Shown one piece after another: positions 52,978-62,612 of a DNA stretch of 64,000 bases. The position numbers and the translations under genes were made by a program. The stretch is taken from contig JAHJTE010000004.1 of the NCBI GenBank assembly GCA_018830005.1, positions 16,792 to 80,791 of the forward strand, read 5' to 3'. The notes under the pieces were generated by a model. That model saw nothing but the letters and a program-made list of their open reading frames with translations, did not search any database and was not told where the DNA came from. How positions within the stretch are numbered: the stretch's first letter is position 1; each line of letters opens with the position of its first letter. Origin of the DNA: Candidatus Omnitrophota bacterium. GTDB taxonomy: Bacteria > Omnitrophota > Gorgyraeia > JAHJTE01.

Positions 52978-53416
52978 TAGCTATGCCCATGCTACGTGCC
53001 GTGCCTTCGATAATCTTCATTGCTGTGTCAATATCACTTGTATTTAAATCCTTTAGCTTCTGCTTGGCGATATCCCTAATTTCTTTTTTGGAGATTGTGG
53101 CGATCTTTTCCTTTCCCGCTGTTCCTGAAGCCTTTGCCAAATTACAGGCCCTTTTAAGTAAAATCGATGAAGGCGGGCTTTTGATAATAAAGTCAAATGT
53201 CCTATCCTCATAGAGACTGATCACTACCGGTAAAATCAAACCCTCTCTATCCTTGGTAATATCGTTAAAAGACTTGCAGAACTGCATTATATTTATACCA
53301 TGTTGACCTAAGGCCGGACCTACTGGAGGCGCAGGATTAGCTGCTCCTGCCGGAACATGTAACTTAACCTGGGCAATAATCTTTTTCTTAATCTTTCTCT
53401 TTTTAACTGCCATCAC
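52961..53416 (-). CDS. rplK: 50S ribosomal protein L11
   Basis: 151 aa. Confidence 0.92.
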   Translation of the reverse strand: MMAVKKRKIKKKIIAQVKLHVPAGAANPAPPVGPALGQHGINIMQFCKSFNDITKDREGLILPVVISLYEDRTFDFIIKSPPSSILLKRACNLAKASGTAGKEKIATISKKEIRDIAKQKLKDLNTSDIDTAMKIIEGTARSMGIAIDSKA

Positions 53417-53447
53417 TTATTCCAATCCAATTAATACTATTCCTACG

Positions 53448-53975
53448 TTAAACTTTCTCTACCTGCCAATATTCAAGTTCAACAGGTGTTGCGCGACCAA
53501 AAATTGACACACTTGCCTTGAGTTTTCCTTTTTCAGGCTGTACCTCATCAATAGTGCCGTTAAAATTAATAAACGGGCCGTCAACAATCCTTACAGCTTC
53601 ACCTGCTTCAAAAATTACCTTAAGACTAGGCTTAACCTCAGAATCGCGAGAGCGCGACAGTATTGACTCAACCTCTTTTTCCTTAAGGGCTGAAGGCCTT
53701 CTGCCCATTCCGATGAAACTTGTAATGCCAGGAGTGTTTTTAATCAAAAACCAGGTATTGTCGTTTAATTCCATATGCACCAAGAGATAACCTGGAAAGA
53801 ACTTCCTTTGCGAAACACGTCTTTTACCAGCGCGGATTTCAGAGATTTGCTCAGTGGGGATAAGAACTTCGGAAATTAAATCAGTAAGTCCTGCAGTTTT
53901 TATCTTATTCACTAGGCTTTTCTTGGCCTTCTCTTCCGAACCTGTCTGCGTATGGATAATATACCACTTCTTCAT
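53448..53975 (-). CDS. nusG: Transcription termination/antitermination factor NusG
   Basis: 175 aa, NGN plus KOW. Confidence 0.9.
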   Translation of the reverse strand: MKKWYIIHTQTGSEEKAKKSLVNKIKTAGLTDLISEVLIPTEQISEIRAGKRRVSQRKFFPGYLLVHMELNDNTWFLIKNTPGITSFIGMGRRPSALKEKEVESILSRSRDSEVKPSLKVIFEAGEAVRIVDGPFINFNGTIDEVQPEKGKLKASVSIFGRATPVELEYWQVEKV

Positions 53976-54007
53976 AATCTCACTTCAAAAACCGATATCT
54001 AGGGTCG

Positions 54008-54271
54008 TCATTTTAGGAAAATGCTCAAAATTTTTGATAACGCCAAATCAACTGAACCTACATAAGCTGTCAAAAATCCAGTCAATACAAGGATTATTAC
54101 TGTTGCAGCCATAACCTCTTTTCGCGTCGGCCAGGAAACCTTGACCAACTCGGTGCGCACCTGAAGAAGAAACTTTGCTACCTTTGCGAAGTTTTTTATA
54201 ACAAAAAAAAGTAAGACACCGCCAGCAATGCCAAAGAAAATTTTAGAAAAATTCGCAAATATAAAATCCAT
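54008..54271 (-). CDS. secE: Preprotein translocase subunit SecE
   Basis: 87 aa, single C-terminal TM. Position between tRNA-Trp and nusG. Confidence 0.8.
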   Translation of the reverse strand: MDFIFANFSKIFFGIAGGVLLFFVIKNFAKVAKFLLQVRTELVKVSWPTRKEVMAATVIILVLTGFLTAYVGSVDLALSKILSIFLK

Positions 54272-54290
54272 AATGAATGATTTTAATTAA

Positions 54291-54363
54291 CGGGGGCGGC
54301 AGGACTCGAACCTACAGTTCGGGTTTTGGAGACCCGCCGTTTAGCCAGTTAACGGACGCCCCC
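54291..54363 (-). tRNA. tRNA-Trp (anticodon CCA)
   Basis: Reverse complement GGGGGCGTCCGTTAACTGGCTAAACGGCGGGTCTCCAAAACCCGAACTGTAGGTTCGAGTCCTGCCGCCCCCG. 7-bp acceptor stem, anticodon loop CUCCAAA, T-loop GGTTCGAGTCC. Confidence 0.85.
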
Positions 54364-54390
54364 AGTTTCGTTGGGGCATAAAAATTGCAA

Positions 54391-54540
54391 TTACTTTATT
54401 TCCTTGTGTTGAGTATGTTTACGACAAAAATTACAATATTTTTTCAGCGCTAATTTTTCTGTATGAAGCCTTTTATTTTTTGTCGATGTATAGTTTTTCC
54501 GTCGACATTCACTACATTGTAATGTAATATTTTCACGCAT
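54391..54540 (-). CDS. rpmG: 50S ribosomal protein L33 (not in ORF track; found by manual translation)
   Basis: The reverse complement translates to [49 protein letters not shown] (Zn-ribbon L33). Confidence 0.85.
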   Translation of the reverse strand: MRENITLQCSECRRKNYTSTKNKRLHTEKLALKKYCNFCRKHTQHKEIK

Positions 54541-54563
54541 AAAATTTATATTGCCGCACTTAT

Positions 54564-54636
54564 AGCCCCCGACCGGAATTGAACCGGTGACCCCGTCCTT
54601 ACCAAGGACGTACTCTACCTACTGAGCTACAGGGGC
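54564..54636 (-). tRNA. tRNA-Thr (anticodon GGU)
   Basis: Reverse complement GCCCCTGTAGCTCAGTAGGTAGAGTACGTCCTTGGTAAGGACGGGGTCACCGGTTCAATTCCGGTCGGGGGC. Anticodon loop UUGGUAA. Confidence 0.85.
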
Positions 54637-54710
54637 AGATTACACAAAGTCCTTATTGTACACAGACTTATAGATTCTGTCAAGGAGAAATTTATCTTTT
54701 TTTGGGAAAG

Positions 54711-55085
54711 CTAAATGGTGAGAATTTTGCGTTCAACTTCTAAGGAATGAGCATACCTAATTAAGTAGAAGCAATCTGTACCGCAGGCATAGAAAGCACC
54801 TTTAAGCAGGCAGTTGAATTTCTGCATATGCTTCCTGCTATCTCGCTGTTTATTGATAAAGACGTGTGTTTGGAAATTCTTCTTATAAGAATGCTTGATT
54901 TTCTTGACGAGATAGATATATTTTCTCCTGGTCGTGGTGATATAGTCCTTGCCCTGGTTTATAACGCAACTTGAAAATAGCTTGCGTCTCTTGTCTATTG
55001 ATGAAATGTTTTTAAGAAGAACTTCTTTCATTGTTCTTGCCTCTAGGTATTTAGGAAACTTTTTTAAAGTCTTTATTAAGTACAT
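54711..55085 (-). CDS. Hypothetical small basic (K/R-rich, Cys-containing) protein
   Basis: 124-aa ORF with no recognisable family. It may start at the internal Met (MKEVLL...). Confidence 0.3.
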   Translation of the reverse strand: MYLIKTLKKFPKYLEARTMKEVLLKNISSIDKRRKLFSSCVINQGKDYITTTRRKYIYLVKKIKHSYKKNFQTHVFINKQRDSRKHMQKFNCLLKGAFYACGTDCFYLIRYAHSLEVERKILTI

Positions 55086-55129
55086 AAAAAAATATCTTAT
55101 TCTAAGTATAACACATAAAGAGGGTTACG

Positions 55130-55762
55130 TCAACGTCTCAACCAAGGCAATTTTGCCCTACCCTCCTTTTTACCTAACAGCCTATAAATATTAGACTTAT
55201 GGCTAATTATTGCAAAAAAGGCAACAATGAGAGAAAAAGTAAATATTTCTCTTGAATCTACTAGGAAAAATGTTGCTACTGGAAGTACTATGGCGCTAGA
55301 AATAGATGCCAAAGAGACAAAACCAGTTGATAGAAAAATAACAGTCCAAACACAGACGCTAATAAGTAAAACAAGCCTTAAATCACTGATCGAAAGCATA
55401 AGCCCCAAAAGCACTCCTAAGGTTGTAGCAATCCCCTTTCCTCCTTTAAAGCTCAAAAATACCGGCCAGATATGGCCGATGATCACAATCATCCCAAGAA
55501 TTATCCTCCAGACATCCCTGCTTATGACTAAAGGGTAGACGCCAGAAGCTAAAACAGCTGAAGCAAAGAACCCCTTAAACACATCAAAAAACAATACAGT
55601 AATACCTATTGATTTGCCAAGAACCCTAAATGCATTTGTTGCCCCAATATTGCCAGAGCCAAGCTTGCGAATATCAACGCCTTTTAGAACCACACCCAAC
55701 AAATAAGCAGTAGGTATAGAACCTAATAAATAACTACTTATGATTAGTAATATTATCATCAT
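55130..55762 (-). CDS. plsY: Glycerol-3-phosphate acyltransferase PlsY
   Basis: 210 aa multi-TM. GSGNIGATN motif. Confidence 0.9.
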   Translation of the reverse strand: MMIILLIISSYLLGSIPTAYLLGVVLKGVDIRKLGSGNIGATNAFRVLGKSIGITVLFFDVFKGFFASAVLASGVYPLVISRDVWRIILGMIVIIGHIWPVFLSFKGGKGIATTLGVLLGLMLSISDLRLVLLISVCVWTVIFLSTGFVSLASISSAIVLPVATFFLVDSREIFTFSLIVAFFAIISHKSNIYRLLGKKEGRAKLPWLRR

Positions 55763-56303
55763 TTAAAGTAAATAGATTGAATCCTCTACGGATATAATCA
55801 ATGCCGGAAATAACAGTAAATAGAATAGCCAAATTCCATAAGAAATGTGAATATTTAAACTCAAGCAGTATGACTACAATTGTGGACATCTGAAAAAAAG
55901 TAGTTAATTTACCCCAGGAGGTCGGGATGATTTTTATATCTTGGCGTACAAGAAAAATCAAAAATGTTCCCAGGAGTATAATTGCATCGCGGCTGATCAC
56001 AACTAACACAACTGAAAGCGGCAATTTAACCAAAAAAAACTCCCTTCTGGCAAATAAAAATATATAAGCACTCATTAGCAGCAATTTATCCGCCAGAGGA
56101 TCAAGAATAGGCCCTAATTTTGTCTTTTCTTTATATATACGAGCCACGAGACCATCAAGGACATCAGAGACAATTGCTAGGAAAAAAATAACAAGCGCAA
56201 TTACCCTTAAATAGTCTTTTTGCGGAGTGTAATAAAGAATAGTAGCGACTAAAAATGGTATAGTAAGAATTCTAAATGCAGATATCTTATTTGCATATCT
56301 CAT
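55734..56303 (-). CDS. pgsA: CDP-alcohol phosphatidyltransferase (PgsA-like phosphatidylglycerophosphate synthase)
   Basis: 189 aa. DVLDGLVAR...GPILDPLADK motif. Confidence 0.85.
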   Translation of the reverse strand: MRYANKISAFRILTIPFLVATILYYTPQKDYLRVIALVIFFLAIVSDVLDGLVARIYKEKTKLGPILDPLADKLLLMSAYIFLFARREFFLVKLPLSVVLVVISRDAIILLGTFLIFLVRQDIKIIPTSWGKLTTFFQMSTIVVILLEFKYSHFLWNLAILFTVISGIDYIRRGFNLFTLNDDNITNHK

Positions 56304-56992
56304 TATCTGATTATCCTCATACGATTAAGTGGCCAATAAATCAAAAATGCCTTTCCAGTTAAGAATCTTTCATTAACAAACCCCCAATAACGGCTATCGC
56401 GCGAAGAGCTACTATTGTCACCTAGACAATAATAAGAATTATCAGGGATATCAACTATTCGATCCGCCCCTCCATAGGGCCCTTCATTGAAATATGTGTT
56501 GGCCCTTATCCTGCTATTCTCAACAAGTTCATCATTGATATAAATATCGCCGTTTTTAATCTGGACAGCCTCGCCCGGCAAACCAATCAGCCGCTTGATA
56601 TAACTTTTACTTCGCGTATCCTTAAAAAATGATAGCATCCGTCTATAGAGAAGTCCTGAAGTTTCATCATTTAGGTATTGCTTAAATGATTCAAAATTAC
56701 GCTTACCTGCACTGGGCGGATAGATAAAAACGATTACTTCCCCCCTTTTTAACTCTTTTAACCTCGGAAGTCTTGCTCCTAAAAAAGGTATCTTGGGACC
56801 ATAAAATAGCTTGTTAACCAAAATCCTGTCACCTGGCCTTAACGTTGGTATCATTGAACCACTGGGAATCTTAAATGCCTGTAAAAGAAAGGTACGAATA
56901 ATCAATGCCAAGATAAACGCAATAATAATTGCCTCTATCCACTCTCTTCTTGCAGATTTAACCGAATTTTTCCTCGTCTTTTTTTTCGCCAT
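56303..56992 (-). CDS. lepB: Signal peptidase I
   Basis: 229 aa. PSGSMIPTL catalytic Ser box, GDNSSSSRDSR box E. Confidence 0.88.
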   Translation of the reverse strand: MAKKKTRKNSVKSARREWIEAIIIAFILALIIRTFLLQAFKIPSGSMIPTLRPGDRILVNKLFYGPKIPFLGARLPRLKELKRGEVIVFIYPPSAGKRNFESFKQYLNDETSGLLYRRMLSFFKDTRSKSYIKRLIGLPGEAVQIKNGDIYINDELVENSRIRANTYFNEGPYGGADRIVDIPDNSYYCLGDNSSSSRDSRYWGFVNERFLTGKAFLIYWPLNRMRIIR

Positions 56993-57043
56993 TGCTCAAC
57001 CTCGTAGTTAGATTATTAGTAATTTATACTCTCTAAGATCTGC

Positions 57044-58840
57044 TTAACGTATCTTTATTGCTGCCAAAAATGCCTCTTGCGGTATTTGAATTTTTCCGAA
57101 TTGTTTAAGGCGTTTCTTTCCCTGCTTTTGCTTTTCCCAAAGTTTGCGTTTACGGGTAATATCACCACCGTAACATTTACTAGTTACATTTTTTCCCAAA
57201 GGGCTCAGTCTTTCTGAGGCAACAATATGGGAACCAATAGCAGCCTGCACCCTGATCTCAAAAAGTTGTCTGGGAATAAACTCCTTAAGCTTCATTACCA
57301 GTTTCTTTCCGAGCTGACTAGCCTTATCCTTATGCACGATCTGTGAAAAACTATCAAAGGCCTGGCCGTTAATCATGACATCTAACTTTTCTAATCTTCC
57401 AGGGCGATATCCGATAAAATCATAATCAATAGAACCATATCCTTTAGTAACTGATTTAACCTGGTCGTAAAAATCAACTATCACTTCAGCTAACGGCATT
57501 TCAAAAATCAATTCCAATCTCTCTTCGCCTAAATATTCGCTCGACTTGTAAATCCCTCTTCTGGTCTTAGCGAGTTCATATATTTTATCCATAAATTTCT
57601 TGGGAGATACTATGAGCATTCTGATAAATGGCTCTTCAACTCTCTCTCTCATTTGTGGCTCTGGTAATTTAGATATATTATCAACAATTACCAACTCTTT
57701 ATTTTTAGTAAAACAGCGAAAAACAACATTAGGGGCAGTTAAGATCAAATCCAGGTTATATTCTCTTTCTAGCCTCTCTTGAACTATCTCCATATGAAGA
57801 AGACCGAGAAAGCCGCAACGAAAACCAAAGCCGCAGCTAGATGAATTCTCTGGCTCATAAACAAATGAGGCATCATTAAGATGGAGCTTTTCTAAGGCCT
57901 GACGCAAGAGACCAAAGTCTTTGGCATTAACCGGATATATACCGCAGAAAACAAGTGGTTTTATCTTTCTGTATCCGGCCAAGGGCTCTTTTGCTTTTTT
58001 TTCAAGGCAAGTTATTGTATCGCCTACAGTAATATCCTTTGCCTGACGTATATTTGCAGTCAAAGAACCAACTTCGCCCACAGAAAGCGAATCAACTTCT
58101 AATGAGTCAGGTGTAGAAATCTCAAGGCTTTCTACTTCATATTCTTTTTGTTCATGCATTAATATAATTTTGTCTTTAGGCTTTAGTGAGCCGTTTACAA
58201 TCTTAACATATACAACAACGCCTTTAAAAGTATCATAAAAAGAGTCAAAAATCAATGCCTGAGTCGGCTCATCTGCATTACCCTGAGGTGCCGGAACGTC
58301 CTTAACAATTCTATCTAGAATTTCTTTAACACCAGTGCCTTCTTTTGCTGAAGCTAAAATTATCTCCTCTTCCTTAAAGCCTAGAATATCTACCATTTGA
58401 GAAAGAACTAGGTCTAAATCTATATTTACAATGTCTATCTTATTTATGACCGGGATAATCTTAACGTTTCGCTCTCTGGCTATGTGAAAATTAGCCAATG
58501 TCTGTGCCTCAACGCCTTGAGTTGCATCAACAACTAAAACAGCTCCCTCACAGGCATGAATAGATTTAGAAACCTCGTACGTAAAATCAACGTGGCCAGG
58601 GGTATCTATAAGGTTGAGGATATAATCAGCACCATCATTACCTTTATAATTAAGGCGCACTGCTGATGATTTAATTGTAATGCCGCGCTCTCGCTCCAAT
58701 TCCATATCATCCAATACCTGATCAGTACTATGCCCTATATCAATCGCATTAGTTATTTCTAGTATTCTATCTGCCAGGGTTGATTTTCCGTGGTCAATAT
58801 GAGCAATAATGGAAAAATTTCTGATTAGTTTTTTATCCAT
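57044..58840 (-). CDS. lepA: Elongation factor 4 (LepA)
   Basis: 598 aa. AHIDHGKSTL, DTPGHVDF, NKID, and the LepA C-terminal domain. Confidence 0.92.
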   Translation of the reverse strand: MDKKLIRNFSIIAHIDHGKSTLADRILEITNAIDIGHSTDQVLDDMELERERGITIKSSAVRLNYKGNDGADYILNLIDTPGHVDFTYEVSKSIHACEGAVLVVDATQGVEAQTLANFHIARERNVKIIPVINKIDIVNIDLDLVLSQMVDILGFKEEEIILASAKEGTGVKEILDRIVKDVPAPQGNADEPTQALIFDSFYDTFKGVVVYVKIVNGSLKPKDKIILMHEQKEYEVESLEISTPDSLEVDSLSVGEVGSLTANIRQAKDITVGDTITCLEKKAKEPLAGYRKIKPLVFCGIYPVNAKDFGLLRQALEKLHLNDASFVYEPENSSSCGFGFRCGFLGLLHMEIVQERLEREYNLDLILTAPNVVFRCFTKNKELVIVDNISKLPEPQMRERVEEPFIRMLIVSPKKFMDKIYELAKTRRGIYKSSEYLGEERLELIFEMPLAEVIVDFYDQVKSVTKGYGSIDYDFIGYRPGRLEKLDVMINGQAFDSFSQIVHKDKASQLGKKLVMKLKEFIPRQLFEIRVQAAIGSHIVASERLSPLGKNVTSKCYGGDITRKRKLWEKQKQGKKRLKQFGKIQIPQEAFLAAIKIR

Positions 58841-58870
58841 AATCTAATGGCGTCGTATAAGAATAAAACT

Positions 58871-59632
58871 TCAAGAATATTTTTTTGTTTTTTTGTTTTT
58901 CTTTTTTTTGCTACAAGACTGTTTCTTTAAAACCTTTTCCTGCAACCTGGCCACCACTTGGCTAATGCTAAGCCTTGTAGTATCAACATAAATAGCATCA
59001 TGCGCTCTTTTTAAAGGACCGCAACTTCGAGTTAAATCGTTTCTATCTCTACATTGAATGGATTTTTTAACATCTTGACACGAAACTGAGGGGTCTCTCA
59101 TCTTCAGTTCTTTAAACCTGCGTTTGCCTCGCACGCCTAAAGAGGCATCAAGGTAAAACTTTACAAACGCATCGGGAAAAATTACTGTGCCGATATCTCT
59201 ACCTTCCACTACACAATTTTGCTTCTGGCCCATAGCACGCTGTGATTTACCCATAATCTGCCTGATTGCTCCTATGGAGGCAATAAAAGAAACTAAGGAA
59301 CTAACCAAAGGGCTTCTTATCTGTCTATTAATAAGCTTGCCATCTAGATATACATCTAAACTAAAACGAGCGCCTTTCACAAGCTGGATACGAGCCTTAC
59401 GGGCAACACGTATAAGTGCCTTCTTTTCCAGAAAATTGACCTTTTGCCGTAAGCCTGCCAGGGTTAGAGCCCGATACATTGCCCCTGTATCCAAATAAAG
59501 ATAGCCTAACCTTTTCGCTAAAAGTTTAGCTACTGTGCTTTTTCCAGCACCAGCAGGACCATCAATGGTGATAATTTTAACCTTGAGATTGGGTTTTCTG
59601 GGGCGGGTTTTGTTCAATTTAGAGATTGTCAC
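58871..59632 (-). CDS. cmk: Cytidylate kinase with Lys-rich C-terminal tail
   Basis: P-loop IITIDGPAGAGKST, LDTGAMYR, tail SKKKKNKKTKKYS. Confidence 0.88.
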   Translation of the reverse strand: MTISKLNKTRPRKPNLKVKIITIDGPAGAGKSTVAKLLAKRLGYLYLDTGAMYRALTLAGLRQKVNFLEKKALIRVARKARIQLVKGARFSLDVYLDGKLINRQIRSPLVSSLVSFIASIGAIRQIMGKSQRAMGQKQNCVVEGRDIGTVIFPDAFVKFYLDASLGVRGKRRFKELKMRDPSVSCQDVKKSIQCRDRNDLTRSCGPLKRAHDAIYVDTTRLSISQVVARLQEKVLKKQSCSKKKKNKKTKKYS

Positions 59633-60491
59633 GTCTTTTTTTTGCTTTTTTAAAATATGCTTGAAGAAGACGAGACCTTCCTGTTTTTAGCAACCTTGCA
59701 AGAAGAGAAAGTGATTCTTTAAACCTTTTAATGGCGCCTAATATTTCGCTTTTATTGCTTAAGCATATATCCCGCCAGATCTTTTCGCTAGAAGATGCGA
59801 GTCGCGTACAATCTCTGAGGCCATTCCCAGAAAAAGATAAATCCCGATAAGACAGGCAATTCATTAAAGCAAAGGAAATCATGTGGGGTAGATGGCTCGT
59901 CATTGATACTATTCGGTCATGGTTACGACTATCTGTAATAATAATCTTGGCGCCGAGAGACTGCCAGATCTTTTTCACCTTTCCTAAAGCTGCCTTATTC
60001 GTCTTTCTAGTTGGAGTAAGAAAACAAATCGAATCTTTAAACATATCTGCCTTTGCAAACGATAGGCCGCTTTTATCCGAGCCAGCCAATGGATGCGCAC
60101 CAACAAAAAAGATGCTTTTTTTTGAAAGGAGCCTGCTACTTAAATCCACAATCTCCTTCTTAGTGCTGCCTACATCCATCAAGATTGCACCTGGCTTGGC
60201 AAAATTTATAATCCTGGCTAAGCTTTCCTTTATAACCCCGACTGGAGTCGCCAGTACAATAAGATCTGCTTCATACACAGCCTGCTTAAAACTAAACGCA
60301 GCAGCATCTACTATCTTTAATTTCCTGGCATTTCTTGCTGATCTTTGTTTGCGAAAAAACCCAATGACCTCAGAAGTCAATTTTCTCTTTTTCAAAGCAA
60401 GGGCAATGGAGCCGCCGATAAGACCAACGCCAATGATTGCCACCTTTTTAAACTTAATCTTCTTCTTTGACATTTTAAATTTGCCTACCAA
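59619..60491 (-). CDS. tyrA: Prephenate/arogenate dehydrogenase
   Basis: 290 aa. N-terminal Rossmann VAIIGVGLIGGSIALAL, then the PDH domain. Confidence 0.8.
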   Translation of the reverse strand: MVGKFKMSKKKIKFKKVAIIGVGLIGGSIALALKKRKLTSEVIGFFRKQRSARNARKLKIVDAAAFSFKQAVYEADLIVLATPVGVIKESLARIINFAKPGAILMDVGSTKKEIVDLSSRLLSKKSIFFVGAHPLAGSDKSGLSFAKADMFKDSICFLTPTRKTNKAALGKVKKIWQSLGAKIIITDSRNHDRIVSMTSHLPHMISFALMNCLSYRDLSFSGNGLRDCTRLASSSEKIWRDICLSNKSEILGAIKRFKESLSLLARLLKTGRSRLLQAYFKKAKKRRDNL

Positions 60492-61491
60492 TTGCCTTTG
60501 CTACAGCCCTCATTCTAGGCATTAGTTCGTTAAATCTTCCCGGTAATAAAGATTGTGCACCATCAGAAAGGGCCTCTTCAGGATTAGTGTGCACTTCAAT
60601 CAAAACACCATCAGCACCTGCAGCGATTCCAGCTAAGGCAAGTGCAGGCACAATGCCCCATTTACCGCTTGCATGCGAAGGATCAACGACAATGGGCAAA
60701 TGCGATAGGTCTTTAATTACAGCAATACAGGAAACGTCCAAGGTGTTGCGCGTATAGTCCTCAAAGGTCCTAATTCCCCGCTCGCAAAGTATGACGTTAA
60801 AATTTCCACCCGCAAGAATATATTCAGCTGACATCAGGAATTCCTTAATCGTAGACATCATACCTCTTTTTAAAATTACGGGTTTGCGAGTTGCACCCAC
60901 CTCTTTCAAAAGGTTAAAATTTTGCATATTTCTTGCGCCGATCTGCAATACATCTGCATAATTAGCCACAAGAGAAACATCACGAGGATCCATGACCTCG
61001 GTAACAGTTACTAAATCAAACTCTTCCCCTACCTCTTTTAGTAATTTCAAGCCATCTTCACCTAGACCCTGAAAGCTATAAGGTGAAGTGCGTGGCTTAA
61101 AAGCACCGCCGCGCAAAGCCTTTGCGCCGGAAGCCTTAATTTCCTTAGCAATTGCCTTTAACACATCTCTGCTTTCAATAGCACAAGGTCCAGCTATAGG
61201 TATAATTTGCTTTGTTCCGATCTTAACGCCTTTTCCTAAGTCAATTACTGAAGATTCGGGTTTAAATTCTCGCGACACCAATTTATAAGGAGCAAGAATA
61301 GTAAGGACCTTCTCTACCCCTGGAAACACCTCTAAGGGCGTAACCCTTAATACATCTTCAGGCCCGATTACACCAATAATCGTACGCTGTGTTCCCTTAG
61401 AGACCATTGGCGTCAAACCCAGCTTTTTAATACGCTGCTGGATATGTTCAATCTGTTCATTTGTAGCGTCTGGCTTTAGGACAATTATCAT
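60475..61491 (-). CDS. aroF: 3-deoxy-7-phosphoheptulonate (DAHP) synthase, AroA(I-beta)/KDO8PS-like, with N-terminal ferredoxin-like regulatory domain
   Basis: 338 aa. Core GPCAIESRD...ALRGGAFKPRTSPYSFQGLG, preceded by a regulatory domain of about 75 aa. Confidence 0.85.
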   Translation of the reverse strand: MIIVLKPDATNEQIEHIQQRIKKLGLTPMVSKGTQRTIIGVIGPEDVLRVTPLEVFPGVEKVLTILAPYKLVSREFKPESSVIDLGKGVKIGTKQIIPIAGPCAIESRDVLKAIAKEIKASGAKALRGGAFKPRTSPYSFQGLGEDGLKLLKEVGEEFDLVTVTEVMDPRDVSLVANYADVLQIGARNMQNFNLLKEVGATRKPVILKRGMMSTIKEFLMSAEYILAGGNFNVILCERGIRTFEDYTRNTLDVSCIAVIKDLSHLPIVVDPSHASGKWGIVPALALAGIAAGADGVLIEVHTNPEEALSDGAQSLLPGRFNELMPRMRAVAKAIGRQI

Positions 61492-62579
61492 CTCATCCTC
61501 ATATGTTTTAATTCATTTATAAATCTTAAATTTTGCGCATGTGTACCAATTGTCACCCGGATAGAATCATATAAACCATAACCTGCCATGCTTCTTAAGA
61601 TTATTCCCTTCTCAAGCAAATATCTACAAATTCTCCTGGCTCCTTTACCTATGTCAATCAAAATAAAATTAGCCACTGAAGGTATATAGTCAATCTGCAT
61701 CTGTTTGAAATTGCTATACAAAAATCTCTTCTCCTTCAATACTAACCTTCTTGTCTTAGCCAAAAACGCCTTATCATCAATAGCTGCAGTCGCAGCCACT
61801 TGCGCTAAAGAATTTACATTAAAAGGCTGTCTGACCTTATTCATAATATTGATGAGAGATGATTTTCCCAGGGCAAATCCAACTCTTAACCCTGCCAAGC
61901 CATAGCTCTTAGAAAAAGTACGTAGTATGATAATATTATTGTTACCGATAAGCTTTAAGGTCTTAGGAAAATCTCCTACGTCGATGAATTCATTATAGGC
62001 CTCATCAAACACCACTACAATTCGCTTGGGAACTTTTTTAATGAAATCTTTGACCTCCTGGGCATTCACATAAGTCCCGGTCGGATTATTGGGATTGGCT
62101 ATAAATATTAATCTGGTTTTACTAGTTATAGCAGCAAGTATTGCCTTCAAATCATAGCAATAATCTTTTAATTTGATGGCCTTAAACTTACGGCCATTTA
62201 TTTTGCTAATTATCTCATATTCCAAAAAGGTAATTTTTGCTGAAATTACCTCATCACCAACCCTGCTAAAGGCCTTAATAACACAGTCTATCAATTCATC
62301 GCTGCCATTACCAACTACAACTGAATTAATGTTAAGCTTGAATTTCGACGCTAATTTCCTTCTCAGGAAATAGTAGTGCATATCAGGATAGCGGTTGATA
62401 TCCTTAAGCTTGCGCCTTATTGCAGCCTTGGCCTTTGGTGAAGAACCCAGCGGATTCTCATTTGATGCAAGCTTCACTATGCGTTTAGCATCAAGGCCTG
62501 ATTCGCGGCTTAATTCCTCTATGGATTTTCCTGCGACATAGGACTTTACGCCCTTTATATTTGGATTAACAAAACTCAT
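61488..62579 (-). CDS. hisC: Histidinol-phosphate/aromatic aminotransferase (class II PLP)
   Basis: 363 aa. LASNENPLG start. FSKSYGLAGLRVGF PLP-lysine region. Confidence 0.8.
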   Translation of the reverse strand: MSFVNPNIKGVKSYVAGKSIEELSRESGLDAKRIVKLASNENPLGSSPKAKAAIRRKLKDINRYPDMHYYFLRRKLASKFKLNINSVVVGNGSDELIDCVIKAFSRVGDEVISAKITFLEYEIISKINGRKFKAIKLKDYCYDLKAILAAITSKTRLIFIANPNNPTGTYVNAQEVKDFIKKVPKRIVVVFDEAYNEFIDVGDFPKTLKLIGNNNIIILRTFSKSYGLAGLRVGFALGKSSLINIMNKVRQPFNVNSLAQVAATAAIDDKAFLAKTRRLVLKEKRFLYSNFKQMQIDYIPSVANFILIDIGKGARRICRYLLEKGIILRSMAGYGLYDSIRVTIGTHAQNLRFINELKHMRMR

Positions 62580-62612
62580 GTTTATTTTTTGTTTATTTAC
62601 CTAGTCTTTATT

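Noticed and set aside
54291-54636. tRNA-linked integration site or genomic island at tRNA-Trp or tRNA-Thr
   Set aside because: Both tRNA 3' ends face immediately adjacent conserved genes (secE 20 nt away, rpmG 23 nt away). No integrase and no direct repeat of a tRNA 3' segment was seen.
54711-55085. Possible IS200/IS605 or RAYT transposase
   Set aside because: No HuH (His-hydrophobic-His) motif or catalytic Tyr context could be aligned. No terminal inverted repeats or hairpins are evident. It is kept only as a hypothetical ORF.
59881-60525. 214-aa plus-strand ORF
   Set aside because: It lies entirely antisense to tyrA and partly to the DAHP synthase gene. It is low-complexity, has no domain signature, and the sense-strand genes have strong motifs. 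It is a spurious antisense ORF.
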